From an uncultured bacterium (GTDB lineage: Bacteria; Actinomycetota; Acidimicrobiia; Spongiisociales; UBA5794), in contig CAWDDT010000007.1 of NCBI GenBank assembly GCA_963801165.1, positions 192,001 through 256,000 of the forward strand: a stretch of DNA of 64,000 nt, given 5' to 3'. Below, in pieces: positions 10,934 through 18,688 of this stretch. Both the position numbers and the translations under genes were made by a program. How positions within the stretch are numbered: position 1 is the stretch's first letter; each line of letters begins with the position of its first letter. The notes under the pieces were generated by a model. It saw nothing but the letters and a program-made list of their open reading frames with translations. It was not told the DNA's origin and made no database searches.

Positions 10934-11706
10934 GCGATCTCTCCTCTCACCCGGCCGATGTCGGTCCCCACGGTCTTCAGGTGGTGGGCGAACAGCAGCA
11001 TGTCGGATGCGTAGGCGATGAAGCGGTAGCCGGCGTCGATCATCCGTTCCAGCCGGTCCGGCTCCGGCTCCACGACGTGCACTCCCGCCATCACGTCGGG
11101 CCGCTTGACGATCTCGGCCACCCGATCCATGGCGGCAACGACGTCGGGGTGATCGAATTGGCCGGGGAGGCCGAGTGAGGCTGACAGGTCGTACGGCCCG
11201 ATGAAGAATCCGTCGACGCCGTCCACCGTCAGGATTTCCTCCAGGTTGTCGACACCCTCTATGTGCTCCACCTGCATGATGCAGACGAGGTCACGCTCCA
11301 TCCGCTTCAGGTATTCGGGGAAACCGACCCCATAGCTCTGCGCCCTCGCCAGCCCGACGCCGCGGGTCCCGGTCGGGGGATAGGTGGCGGCGCTGACGAC
11401 GGCTCTTGCCTGCGCGGCGGTGTTGACCATCGGTGCGATGATCCCGGTGGCGCCGGCGTCGAGCACCCGTTTGATCTGGGCGGGGTCGTGCGAGCTGAGC
11501 CGCACCAGTGTCGGGCAACCGGCAAGGTCGGCGATGCGGATGACCTTGCCCGCCTGGGCGATGGAGATGGTGGTGTGCTCCAGATCGATGCACAGCCAGT
11601 CGAACGGCCCGGTGGCCAGCATCTCAGTCAACGCCTCTTCGCCGAGCTGAATCCACGATCCAATGGTGACCCGGCCGCCGTCTAGCTTTTCTCTGAGAGT
11701 CGCCAT
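10930..11706 (-). CDS. HpcH/HpaI class II pyruvate aldolase (2-dehydro-3-deoxyglucarate aldolase-like)
   Basis: GSWIQL, DWLCIDLEH, LDAGATGIIAPMVN, YPPTGTRGVG, MQVEH, FIGPYDLSASLG. Overlaps the next gene by 4 bp. Confidence 0.92.
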   Translation of the reverse strand: MATLREKLDGGRVTIGSWIQLGEEALTEMLATGPFDWLCIDLEHTTISIAQAGKVIRIADLAGCPTLVRLSSHDPAQIKRVLDAGATGIIAPMVNTAAQARAVVSAATYPPTGTRGVGLARAQSYGVGFPEYLKRMERDLVCIMQVEHIEGVDNLEEILTVDGVDGFFIGPYDLSASLGLPGQFDHPDVVAAMDRVAEIVKRPDVMAGVHVVEPEPDRLERMIDAGYRFIAYASDMLLFAHHLKTVGTDIGRVRGEIA

Positions 11707-11807
11707 CGAGCTGATTTCTCCCGTAGGTAGCCCGGGCTGCGGTGACCCGGCCACCGTAGGGTAGCCTATTGCGATACGTGCCTTCCTGCCTTCGAAAGGA
11801 CCCGTAA

Positions 11808-12737
11808 ATGGGACAGCGAGCGATCGCGATCACCACCTCCAACTTCAACATGGAAAACCAGTTGCTCGACGAGTTTCGTGGCGACGGTTGGGAGATCGTG
11901 CGATCTCAATACGGCCGGAAGCTCACCGAGAGCGAGGTGTCCGAGCTGCTCAGCGACGGTGCGGTCGTGGGCATCCTTGCCGGGGTGGAGCCGCTCACCG
12001 ATTCCGTCTTTGCCGCCAACCCGCAGCTCAAGGTGATCTCCCGCTGTGGCACCGGGTTCGACTCGGTCGACCTGGCCGCTGCCGCCCAGCGCGGCATCGC
12101 CTGTCTCAACACACCACAGGCACCGGCGGCGGCCGTCTCCGAGCTCACCATCGGCATGATGATGGCGGCGCTACGTCGTATTCCCCAGTCGGATCGCCTC
12201 ATCAGGGGAGGCACCTGGAAGGCAATCATGGGCTCTCTGCTGGCGAAGCGGACGGTCGGCGTTGTCGGTCTGGGCAGGGTGGGGACACGGGTCGCCGATC
12301 TGGTGACCGCCTTCGGGGCCGACGTCCTCTATTACGACCCGCACGTCGCCACCGTCGAATATGACAGGGTCAACTCGGTCAAGGAACTGGCGGCGCGCGT
12401 CGACCTGCTCACTATTCACACCCCGCTGGCGGAGGACACGAGAAATCTCGTCAGTGCCGAGGTCATCGAGGCTCTGCCCCAGGGCGCCATCGTGGTGAAC
12501 GCCTCCAGGGGCGGGGTCATGGACGAGGACGCGCTGGTCGCTGCGCTGAAGTCCGGGAAGCTGGACGCGGCGGCACTCGACGTGTTCGCCGACGAGCCGT
12601 ACACCGGTCCACTGAAGGACTTCGACAACGTAGTGCTGACCGCCCATATGGGCTCGTACGCCCGGGAAGCTCGCCAGCTCATGGAGAGCGAGGCGCTGCA
12701 GAACCTACTCAACGCGCTGCGGAAGTTGGACGCATGA
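11808..12737 (+). CDS. D-2-hydroxyacid dehydrogenase (phosphoglycerate dehydrogenase-like, no ACT domain)
   Basis: ISRCGTGFDSVD, GVVGLGRVG, NASRGG, ALDVFADEP, LTAHMGS. Confidence 0.9.
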   Translation: MGQRAIAITTSNFNMENQLLDEFRGDGWEIVRSQYGRKLTESEVSELLSDGAVVGILAGVEPLTDSVFAANPQLKVISRCGTGFDSVDLAAAAQRGIACLNTPQAPAAAVSELTIGMMMAALRRIPQSDRLIRGGTWKAIMGSLLAKRTVGVVGLGRVGTRVADLVTAFGADVLYYDPHVATVEYDRVNSVKELAARVDLLTIHTPLAEDTRNLVSAEVIEALPQGAIVVNASRGGVMDEDALVAALKSGKLDAAALDVFADEPYTGPLKDFDNVVLTAHMGSYAREARQLMESEALQNLLNALRKLDA

Positions 12738-13414
12738 CCGATCTGGCAGGCGTTGTCGACCTAGTCGTCTTCGACTTCGATGGGACGATTTGCCAGTCCG
12801 AGGACGTCAAGACCGACGCGTTCTACCAGCTCTACCTCGACGAGCACGGCGCGGAGTTCGCCGCCGCGGTCCGTGATTACCACCTCGAGTACGCCGGCGT
12901 GTCCCGCTACGACAAGATCCGGCACTACGAGGAGGAGATGCTCGGCCGTCCGAACAACGAGGAGTGGATCCGCGAGATGGCCGACCGGTTCGGCGATATT
13001 GTCCGCGACAAGGTGATCGAGTCACCGCTCGTTCCCGGGGTCGCGGCGTTCATCGATGCCCATCGCGGGGTCGTGCCGATGCTGGTGGCGTCTGCCACGC
13101 CGACCGAGGAACTGCGCCAGATCGTGTCGGCGCGCGGGATCAAACATTGGTTCGACGAGGTGCAGGGAAGCCCGGCGAAGAAGGGGGAGATCATCGCTTC
13201 GTTCCTCGATGAGCGTGGCGTCGCTCCCGGGCGTGCGGTGATGGTCGGCGATCAACTCTCCGACATTCAGGCTGCCCGACATGCGGGCGTCCATTTCGTC
13301 GCATACCGGCCGGAGGGCAGGGAACGACTGTTTGACGATGAGGTGATCGTCATCGACCACTTCGACGATCTGGCGGATGCGATCGTGGCGGCTGTCGTCG
13401 GGGGCGTCGCGTGA
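12734..13414 (+). CDS. HAD-superfamily phosphatase
   Basis: FDFDGT motif I, VASATP, MVGDQLSD. Translationally coupled on both sides. Confidence 0.9.
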   Translation: MTDLAGVVDLVVFDFDGTICQSEDVKTDAFYQLYLDEHGAEFAAAVRDYHLEYAGVSRYDKIRHYEEEMLGRPNNEEWIREMADRFGDIVRDKVIESPLVPGVAAFIDAHRGVVPMLVASATPTEELRQIVSARGIKHWFDEVQGSPAKKGEIIASFLDERGVAPGRAVMVGDQLSDIQAARHAGVHFVAYRPEGRERLFDDEVIVIDHFDDLADAIVAAVVGGVA

Positions 13415-14745
13415 ACATCGGCAAGCTGATTCGGTACCTGACCGGTTGGCGGCTGGCCGTCGTCCTCGGAGGGATCGTGGTTGCCCTGATGGCGCTTGCG
13501 GCCGGGTTCGACCTGTCCCCGGGCAAGCTGATCGCAATCCTCGTTGCCGTAGTGGCGGTGGTTGCCCCGCTCCTGGTTGTGGTCGCCCGACTCGGGGTGC
13601 GCGCTGACGAGAGGGAGATGCGGCTCGCATCCAAGGTGGCGAAACTGGAGGAGGTCGTCGGCGGCGGCGCCGGGTCGCTGTGGGATCTCAACGCGCGGGT
13701 CGAGAAGCTCGATGAGGTCGTGGCCGACGCCACCCGCAGGCCGTCGGATCCCACCACTCTGCCCTGGCCCACGCCGGTCGGGAGGGCCGCATCGATTCTG
13801 CTGCTGCCGAGCGCCGCCTACCACCTGGCGGAGATAATGCCCCTCAACGATGCGCTCAACCGGCGTGGCCACGAGACCATCGTCGCCGTGGGCGAGGCGC
13901 ACTGGCCGAGGATCGCCACAGGGCTCGGCTGGTACGACACTCCGGTGTTTGCCCTTCCCGACGCCGCCAGGGCGGTTGCCGGGTTGCGTGCCGTCGTGAC
14001 CATGAAGGACTGGGCGGGATACGGCGAGGTGGTTGCGGCCGCCAGGGAAGCCGGCGTCGCCACCTTCGCCAAGGTCGAGGGTGCGCAGGACTTCGGCGAC
14101 GTCGACACCCCGTACGCTCGCAACGCCTACCGAACCGCCGACCACATCCTGTGCCAGGGGCAAAACGACTTCGACGCACTCGACGGGAGCCGCTTCATCG
14201 TCGGCAGCAGCCGGTTGGAGCGGCTGTTTCACGCCCCGGTGATGCCGGTCGAGGAGGAGCATGTCGTCATCAACCTCAACTTCACCTACGGCGTCCTCGA
14301 GGAGCAACGCGCCCGGTGGATCGAGAGCGCAGTCGAAGCATGCGAGCAGCTGCGCATCGGCTACACCGTGGCGATTCACCCTGCCGAACGTCGCTCCCGC
14401 CGGGTGCCGCATGTCAGCACGGTCCCGATCTCGCGGCTTCTCCTGCGGGCCAGCGTGCTGGTGAGCCGGTTCTCGACGGTGCCTTTCGAGGCGATGGCGC
14501 GCGGTATCCCGTTCGTCTATCACAATCCGCACCGCGAGACGGTGTCCACCTTCGCCCACGGGGGAGACGCCTTCCGCCAGACGGAGAGCGTCGCCGAGTT
14601 GGTCGCGGCCATCGAGGAAGCGCACGGCTGGCGGTCCGACTATCGCAGCCGCTGCGCCCCGTTCTTCACCAGACAGATCGATATCAACCCGGAGGTGCGG
14701 TCGGAGGATCGGGCCGCGGACCTGATCTTCGGGCTGCTCGGTTAG
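13411..14745 (+). CDS. Membrane-anchored GT-B protein, KpsC/KpsS- or TagF-like polysaccharide biosynthesis transferase
   Basis: Two TM helices and a short coiled coil, then VGSSRLE, AIHP and VLVSRFSTVPFEAMARGIP. Confidence 0.6.
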   Translation: MNIGKLIRYLTGWRLAVVLGGIVVALMALAAGFDLSPGKLIAILVAVVAVVAPLLVVVARLGVRADEREMRLASKVAKLEEVVGGGAGSLWDLNARVEKLDEVVADATRRPSDPTTLPWPTPVGRAASILLLPSAAYHLAEIMPLNDALNRRGHETIVAVGEAHWPRIATGLGWYDTPVFALPDAARAVAGLRAVVTMKDWAGYGEVVAAAREAGVATFAKVEGAQDFGDVDTPYARNAYRTADHILCQGQNDFDALDGSRFIVGSSRLERLFHAPVMPVEEEHVVINLNFTYGVLEEQRARWIESAVEACEQLRIGYTVAIHPAERRSRRVPHVSTVPISRLLLRASVLVSRFSTVPFEAMARGIPFVYHNPHRETVSTFAHGGDAFRQTESVAELVAAIEEAHGWRSDYRSRCAPFFTRQIDINPEVRSEDRAADLIFGLLG

Positions 14746-14792
14746 CTCTCGATCGGCCTACCATTCGGCGCTGATTACGGAGGAGTGGAACA

Positions 14793-15959
14793 TTGGTGGA
14801 TGACCAGGAACCGACCGGCGGCTCACGTTTCAGCGGTTTGATCGAAACCGTCAAGGCTCGACCTGCTCTCTACGGCGGGTTGGGGGTGGCCGTGCTCGCC
14901 GCCATCGTCGTGATCATCGTGATGGCGTTTGGCGGCGGTGGCGGGGAGGAGCCCGATGACGGCACATCCGCAAACGGGTCGACCACCACGGCCGGGACGC
15001 CGGCGGTCACGGTGACCACAGGAGCCGCAACTGCCCAGGACACCACGCAGGCCGGTAGCTCGTCGGCGGAGGTGGGCCGCAACCCGCTCACCGGAGCCGT
15101 ACTCGAGACGCCCAGCAAAGTGCGTGTGGTAGCCGTCAAAGTCGACAACTCGACGGAAGCCGGCCCTCCCATCGGAATCCAGGACGCCGAGCTGGTCATC
15201 GAAGCCCCGGTCGAGGGCGGCATCACCCGTCTCACCGCGATGTTCTTCGAGAACGAGCCGAAGGTGATCGGTCCGATCCGTTCGGTTCGGCCCGTCGACG
15301 CCGACCTGCTTGCCCCCTGGCGCCCGTTCCTCGTTACCACCGGGGGCCAGGATTTCGTCTACCGCGAGATCAAGGCCGCGGGCATCGAGATCCTCGACGA
15401 GGGAACCGACGGCCTGTTTCAGCAGATCGAGAGGCGGCAGCCGTACAACCTGGTAGCCACCATCCCCCTGATCCAGAATGAGGCGGGGGAGGGGGCACCG
15501 GCGGTGTCGGCACTCCCGTTCGGCGACGGGGACTTCACCGGCAGCGCCGCCACCTCCGTGGCGATCCCGTTCTCCGGCATCGCCGATGTCGAGTGGCAGT
15601 ACGACTCCGGCTCGGGTCAGTACACGCGGATCGTCAACGGTGAGCCGTATCAGATCTATCCCGAGTACGACGCCGACCTGACCGGCTTCAGCACCGACAC
15701 GATCATCGTGCTCAAGGCAGCACAGCGCTCGGCCGGCTACACCGACAGCGCCGGGGCCGACGTGCCCACCTTCGACGTCATCGGCTTTGGTGACGTCATG
15801 GTCTTCCACGGGGGGCAGGTCGTCACCGGGCAATGGCTGCGTGCGGCGCAATCGGACGGGTGGGTGTTCCTCGACGACAACGGAGCCCAATTCACGCTGC
15901 CGGCCGGGCCGGTGTGGATGGAGATCGTCCCCCGCTATGTCGAGGTCGACTTCAGTTAG
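14793..15959 (+). CDS. DUF3048 (YerB-like) membrane-anchored protein
   Basis: TM helix, Thr-rich linker, NPLTG, AVKVDN, VEGGITRL, GPIRSVRP. Confidence 0.85.
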   Translation: MVDDQEPTGGSRFSGLIETVKARPALYGGLGVAVLAAIVVIIVMAFGGGGGEEPDDGTSANGSTTTAGTPAVTVTTGAATAQDTTQAGSSSAEVGRNPLTGAVLETPSKVRVVAVKVDNSTEAGPPIGIQDAELVIEAPVEGGITRLTAMFFENEPKVIGPIRSVRPVDADLLAPWRPFLVTTGGQDFVYREIKAAGIEILDEGTDGLFQQIERRQPYNLVATIPLIQNEAGEGAPAVSALPFGDGDFTGSAATSVAIPFSGIADVEWQYDSGSGQYTRIVNGEPYQIYPEYDADLTGFSTDTIIVLKAAQRSAGYTDSAGADVPTFDVIGFGDVMVFHGGQVVTGQWLRAAQSDGWVFLDDNGAQFTLPAGPVWMEIVPRYVEVDFS

Positions 15960-16132
15960 CCGCCGAGCCCAACTTAAGATCTTCCGCACGACTGCCGATG
16001 GCTGTGTATCAGTAGCGGGCAAGGGAACTCGTATTTCCCGTGGGGCACGCTGCTGGGTGAGATACCTCACCGACGGAACATCGGCGACGCTTCTGTGGCG
16101 TAGCGGTCTCAGAAGCGAGTGAGAGAAGTGAA

Positions 16133-17242
16133 ATGAACGGCAGGATGCGAGCGCTGCTCGCTTTTGCGCTCGTGACGGCGACGCTGGCGTCGGCGGGCAC
16201 GACGGCCCCGCAGGCCCGCGCCGACGAGGAGCTCTACGGCGCATCGATGATCTTCCCGGTGGTAGGGGAGAATTACTACTCGGACACCTTTGGTGCTCCG
16301 CGGTCCGGGGGACGCACCCACGAGGGTGTCGACATCATGGCCGACAAGATGATCCCCGTCGTGGCGGTGGCCTCCGGGACGGTTGGCTGGATGCACGACG
16401 AGCAGGGTGGTGATTGCTGCGCCATGGCCCTCAACCACGACGACGGCTGGGAGTCGTGGTACATCCACCTCAACAATGACACACCGGGAACCGACGACGG
16501 CCTCGGTTGGGGCTTCGCCCCGGGGATCGAATCCGGTGTCCACGTCGAGGCCGGGCAACTCATCGGCTACGTTGGCGACAGCGGCAACGCCGAGGAAGTC
16601 CACTCCCACCTCCACTTCGAGTTGCACATGCCCGACGGCACGGTGGTCAACCCCACGCCGCAAGTCGATGCCGCCATCCGGATCACGGCACCGCTCGATA
16701 GCCCGAACCACGATGCATTCCGTGACGACGACAACTCGGTCCACGAGGCCAACATCAACAAGATCGCCGCTGTCGGGATCACCAAGGGCTGCAACCCGCC
16801 GGTCAACGACATGTACTGCCCCGAGCGTGAGATCACCCGCGGTGAGATGGCCGCATTCCTGCGACGCAACCTCGACCTGCCCGACACGGAGACCGACTAC
16901 TTCACAGACGACACCGGCAGTGTGTTCCACGCCGATATCGACGCCTTGGCCGAGGCAGGCATCGCGTTCGGCTGCACCGAGACCGAGTACTGCCCCGACC
17001 AGCCGCTGCTACGTGACGAGCTTGCCGAGCTGTTCGTCAGGGCGTACGGGTTCGCAGCCCCCAACGGCGCCGACTTCTTCGTCGACGACGACGGCAACCA
17101 GTTCGAGGCCTCTATCAACGCGATGGCGGCCAACGAGATCACACTCGGCTGCAATCCTCCCGACAACACGGAGTATTGCCCGGCCCGTCCCTTGACCCGA
17201 GCCGAGATGGCCTCGTTCTTCGCCAGAGCCCTAGGTCTTTAA
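16133..17242 (+). CDS. Secreted M23 metallopeptidase with three C-terminal SLH-like domains
   Basis: Signal peptide; HEGVD and HLHFE M23 motifs; repeats of ITKGCNPP-N-YCP...TRGEMAAFL. Confidence 0.9.
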   Translation: MNGRMRALLAFALVTATLASAGTTAPQARADEELYGASMIFPVVGENYYSDTFGAPRSGGRTHEGVDIMADKMIPVVAVASGTVGWMHDEQGGDCCAMALNHDDGWESWYIHLNNDTPGTDDGLGWGFAPGIESGVHVEAGQLIGYVGDSGNAEEVHSHLHFELHMPDGTVVNPTPQVDAAIRITAPLDSPNHDAFRDDDNSVHEANINKIAAVGITKGCNPPVNDMYCPEREITRGEMAAFLRRNLDLPDTETDYFTDDTGSVFHADIDALAEAGIAFGCTETEYCPDQPLLRDELAELFVRAYGFAAPNGADFFVDDDGNQFEASINAMAANEITLGCNPPDNTEYCPARPLTRAEMASFFARALGL

Positions 17243-17256
17243 GCGGTCCGAGCGCA

Positions 17257-17486
17257 GAGCCGACTCTTTCCTTCTCCCTGTGGGAGAAGTGCCGAGCGCA
17301 TTGGGCCGACTCTTTCCTTCTCCCTTTGGGAGAAGTGCCGAGCGTAGCGAGGCGATGAGGGCCTTATGAGAAACACGGTGCCACGCGAGGCCCTCACCTG
17401 CCTTCGCTTCGCTCGGCATCCTCTCCCAGAGGGAGAGGGAAGGAACGCTTCGCTTCGCTCCGCATCGTCTCTCCGAGGGAGAGGGA
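17257..17486. repeat. Cluster of REP-like palindromes, including an inverted doublet (REPIN-like), downstream of the DUF559 gene
   Basis: Hairpin core CTTCTCCC-N3-GGGAGAAG / CCTCTCCC-N3-GGGAGAGG at 17271, 17317 and 17420, plus a degenerate copy at ~17468. Segment 17305-17486 is a near-perfect direct repeat of ~18036-18218. Confidence 0.9.
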
Positions 17487-17487
17487 G

Positions 17488-17847
17488 TCACCACGGGTCC
17501 TGTCCCAGAGCGATGAGGATCTCGCCGATTACCGTCTCGCGGTTTGACCACACATCGTCATCGTTTGTCCGGATCACGGTCCATCCTCGGGATTGCATCC
17601 ACTGGTCGCGGCTCCGGTCGTATTGCACCTGCTCCGGCTCGTCGTGGGTGAGCCCGTCGATCTCGACAACGATGCGATGCGACAGACAGGCGAAGTCGGC
17701 GATGTAAGGCCCGATGGGGACCTGCCGCCGGAACCTCACGCCGAGGCTCCTTCCGCGCAAACACCACCAGAGGATCGCTTCGGCGCGGGTGGGATCCTTC
17801 CTCATGTCGCGGGCGAACAGGGTGAGTTCGGGGTCTTGATCAGGCAT
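17488..17847 (-). CDS. DUF559 (Vsr-like PD-(D/E)XK) endonuclease domain protein
   Basis: Start MPDQDPEL; ARDMRKDPTRAEAILW, FRRQVPIGPYIADF, VVEIDGLTH, YDRSRDQW. The ORF-track extension to 18129 is repeat-derived. Confidence 0.92.
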   Translation of the reverse strand: MPDQDPELTLFARDMRKDPTRAEAILWWCLRGRSLGVRFRRQVPIGPYIADFACLSHRIVVEIDGLTHDEPEQVQYDRSRDQWMQSRGWTVIRTNDDDVWSNRETVIGEILIALGQDPW

Positions 17848-17877
17848 ACGCTCACGTCTATCACCCGCCAGTGACAC

Positions 17878-18248
17878 GAGAGCCGACTCTTTCCTTCTCC
17901 CTCTGGGAGAAGTGCCGAGCGCAGCGGCGAGCCGACTTCTTCCTTCTCCCGGGGAGAGGGAAGGAACGCTTTGCTTGGCTCCGCATCGTCTCTCAGGGGA
18001 GAGGGAAGGCAGCGATTGGCTACGACGCCGCGGCGAGCCGACTTCTTCCTTCTCCCTGTGGGAGAAGTGCCGAGCGTAGCGAGGCGATGAGGGCCTTGTG
18101 AGGAACACGGTGCCACGCGAGGCCCTCACCTGCCTTCGCTTCGCTCGGCGTCCTCTCCCAGAGGGAGAGGGAAGGAACGCTTCGCTTCGCTCCGCATCGT
18201 CTCCCAGGGGGAGAGGGAAGGCCGCGGTTGGCTACGACGCCGCGGCGA
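17878..18248. repeat. Cluster of REP-like palindromes upstream of the DUF559 gene
   Basis: Hairpin cores at 17894, 17943, 18049 and 18152, with degenerate copies at ~17989 and ~18200. Inverted doublet at ~18048-18171. Confidence 0.9.
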
Positions 18249-18615
18249 CTGTGGGGGCGACGCGGCGCCGCACCTCTTCCAGGTCGGCGTGGATGGCGGT
18301 GATTGCCGTCTTGAGGCTCAGCCCGGCCTCGAACCAGGCAATAGGCGACATGGCACCCAGGAGAGGGTTGGCACGGCACAGCCAGTCGGCGATGGCGGTG
18401 CCGGGGAGGTCGTCGCCGGTTTCTTCGACGATGGCGGCAACCTGGTGGCGGACCGTCCGGTCGCTGAACTGGAAGGCCGGATAGGTTTCCTCCAGCCAAC
18501 GACCTTCCAGACGTACCAGGTCGCGACGCTGCAGCAGTTGGCTGTCCGTTAGGCCGAGATAGGAAGCGGTCTCGGCCCGGGTCCAGAACGGTCCAACCAG
18601 TACAACGTCGCTCAT
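18232..18615 (-). CDS. Small HTH protein resembling MbcA/ParS/Xre-type antitoxins or Rv2175c-like DNA-binding proteins
   Basis: N-terminal TRAETASYLGLT helix-turn-helix, YPAFQF, and WLCRANPLLGAMSPIAW. Confidence 0.6.
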   Translation of the reverse strand: MSDVVLVGPFWTRAETASYLGLTDSQLLQRRDLVRLEGRWLEETYPAFQFSDRTVRHQVAAIVEETGDDLPGTAIADWLCRANPLLGAMSPIAWFEAGLSLKTAITAIHADLEEVRRRVAPTVAAAS

Positions 18616-18688
18616 GGCACCATCCCCTGCTTGCGATGTGCCTACCGACCAAGTCGGCGGGGGGCGCCGCAGGATAAGGCCGGACCCG

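Noticed and set aside
11808-12737. Calling this gene serA
   Set aside because: It lacks the ASB/ACT regulatory domains and sits in a glycan cassette, so its substrate is uncertain.
17231-18231. Short ORFs over the repeats (17231..17551, 17366..17707, 17871..18101, and the N-terminal extension of 17488..18129)
   Set aside because: They are translations of the palindromic repeats (SLSLWER/LPEGEG-type peptides) with no independent coding evidence.
17257-18248. CRISPR array interpretation of the repeats
   Set aside because: Units vary in length and orientation, the intervening sequences are themselves repeated rather than unique spacers, and no cas genes are present.
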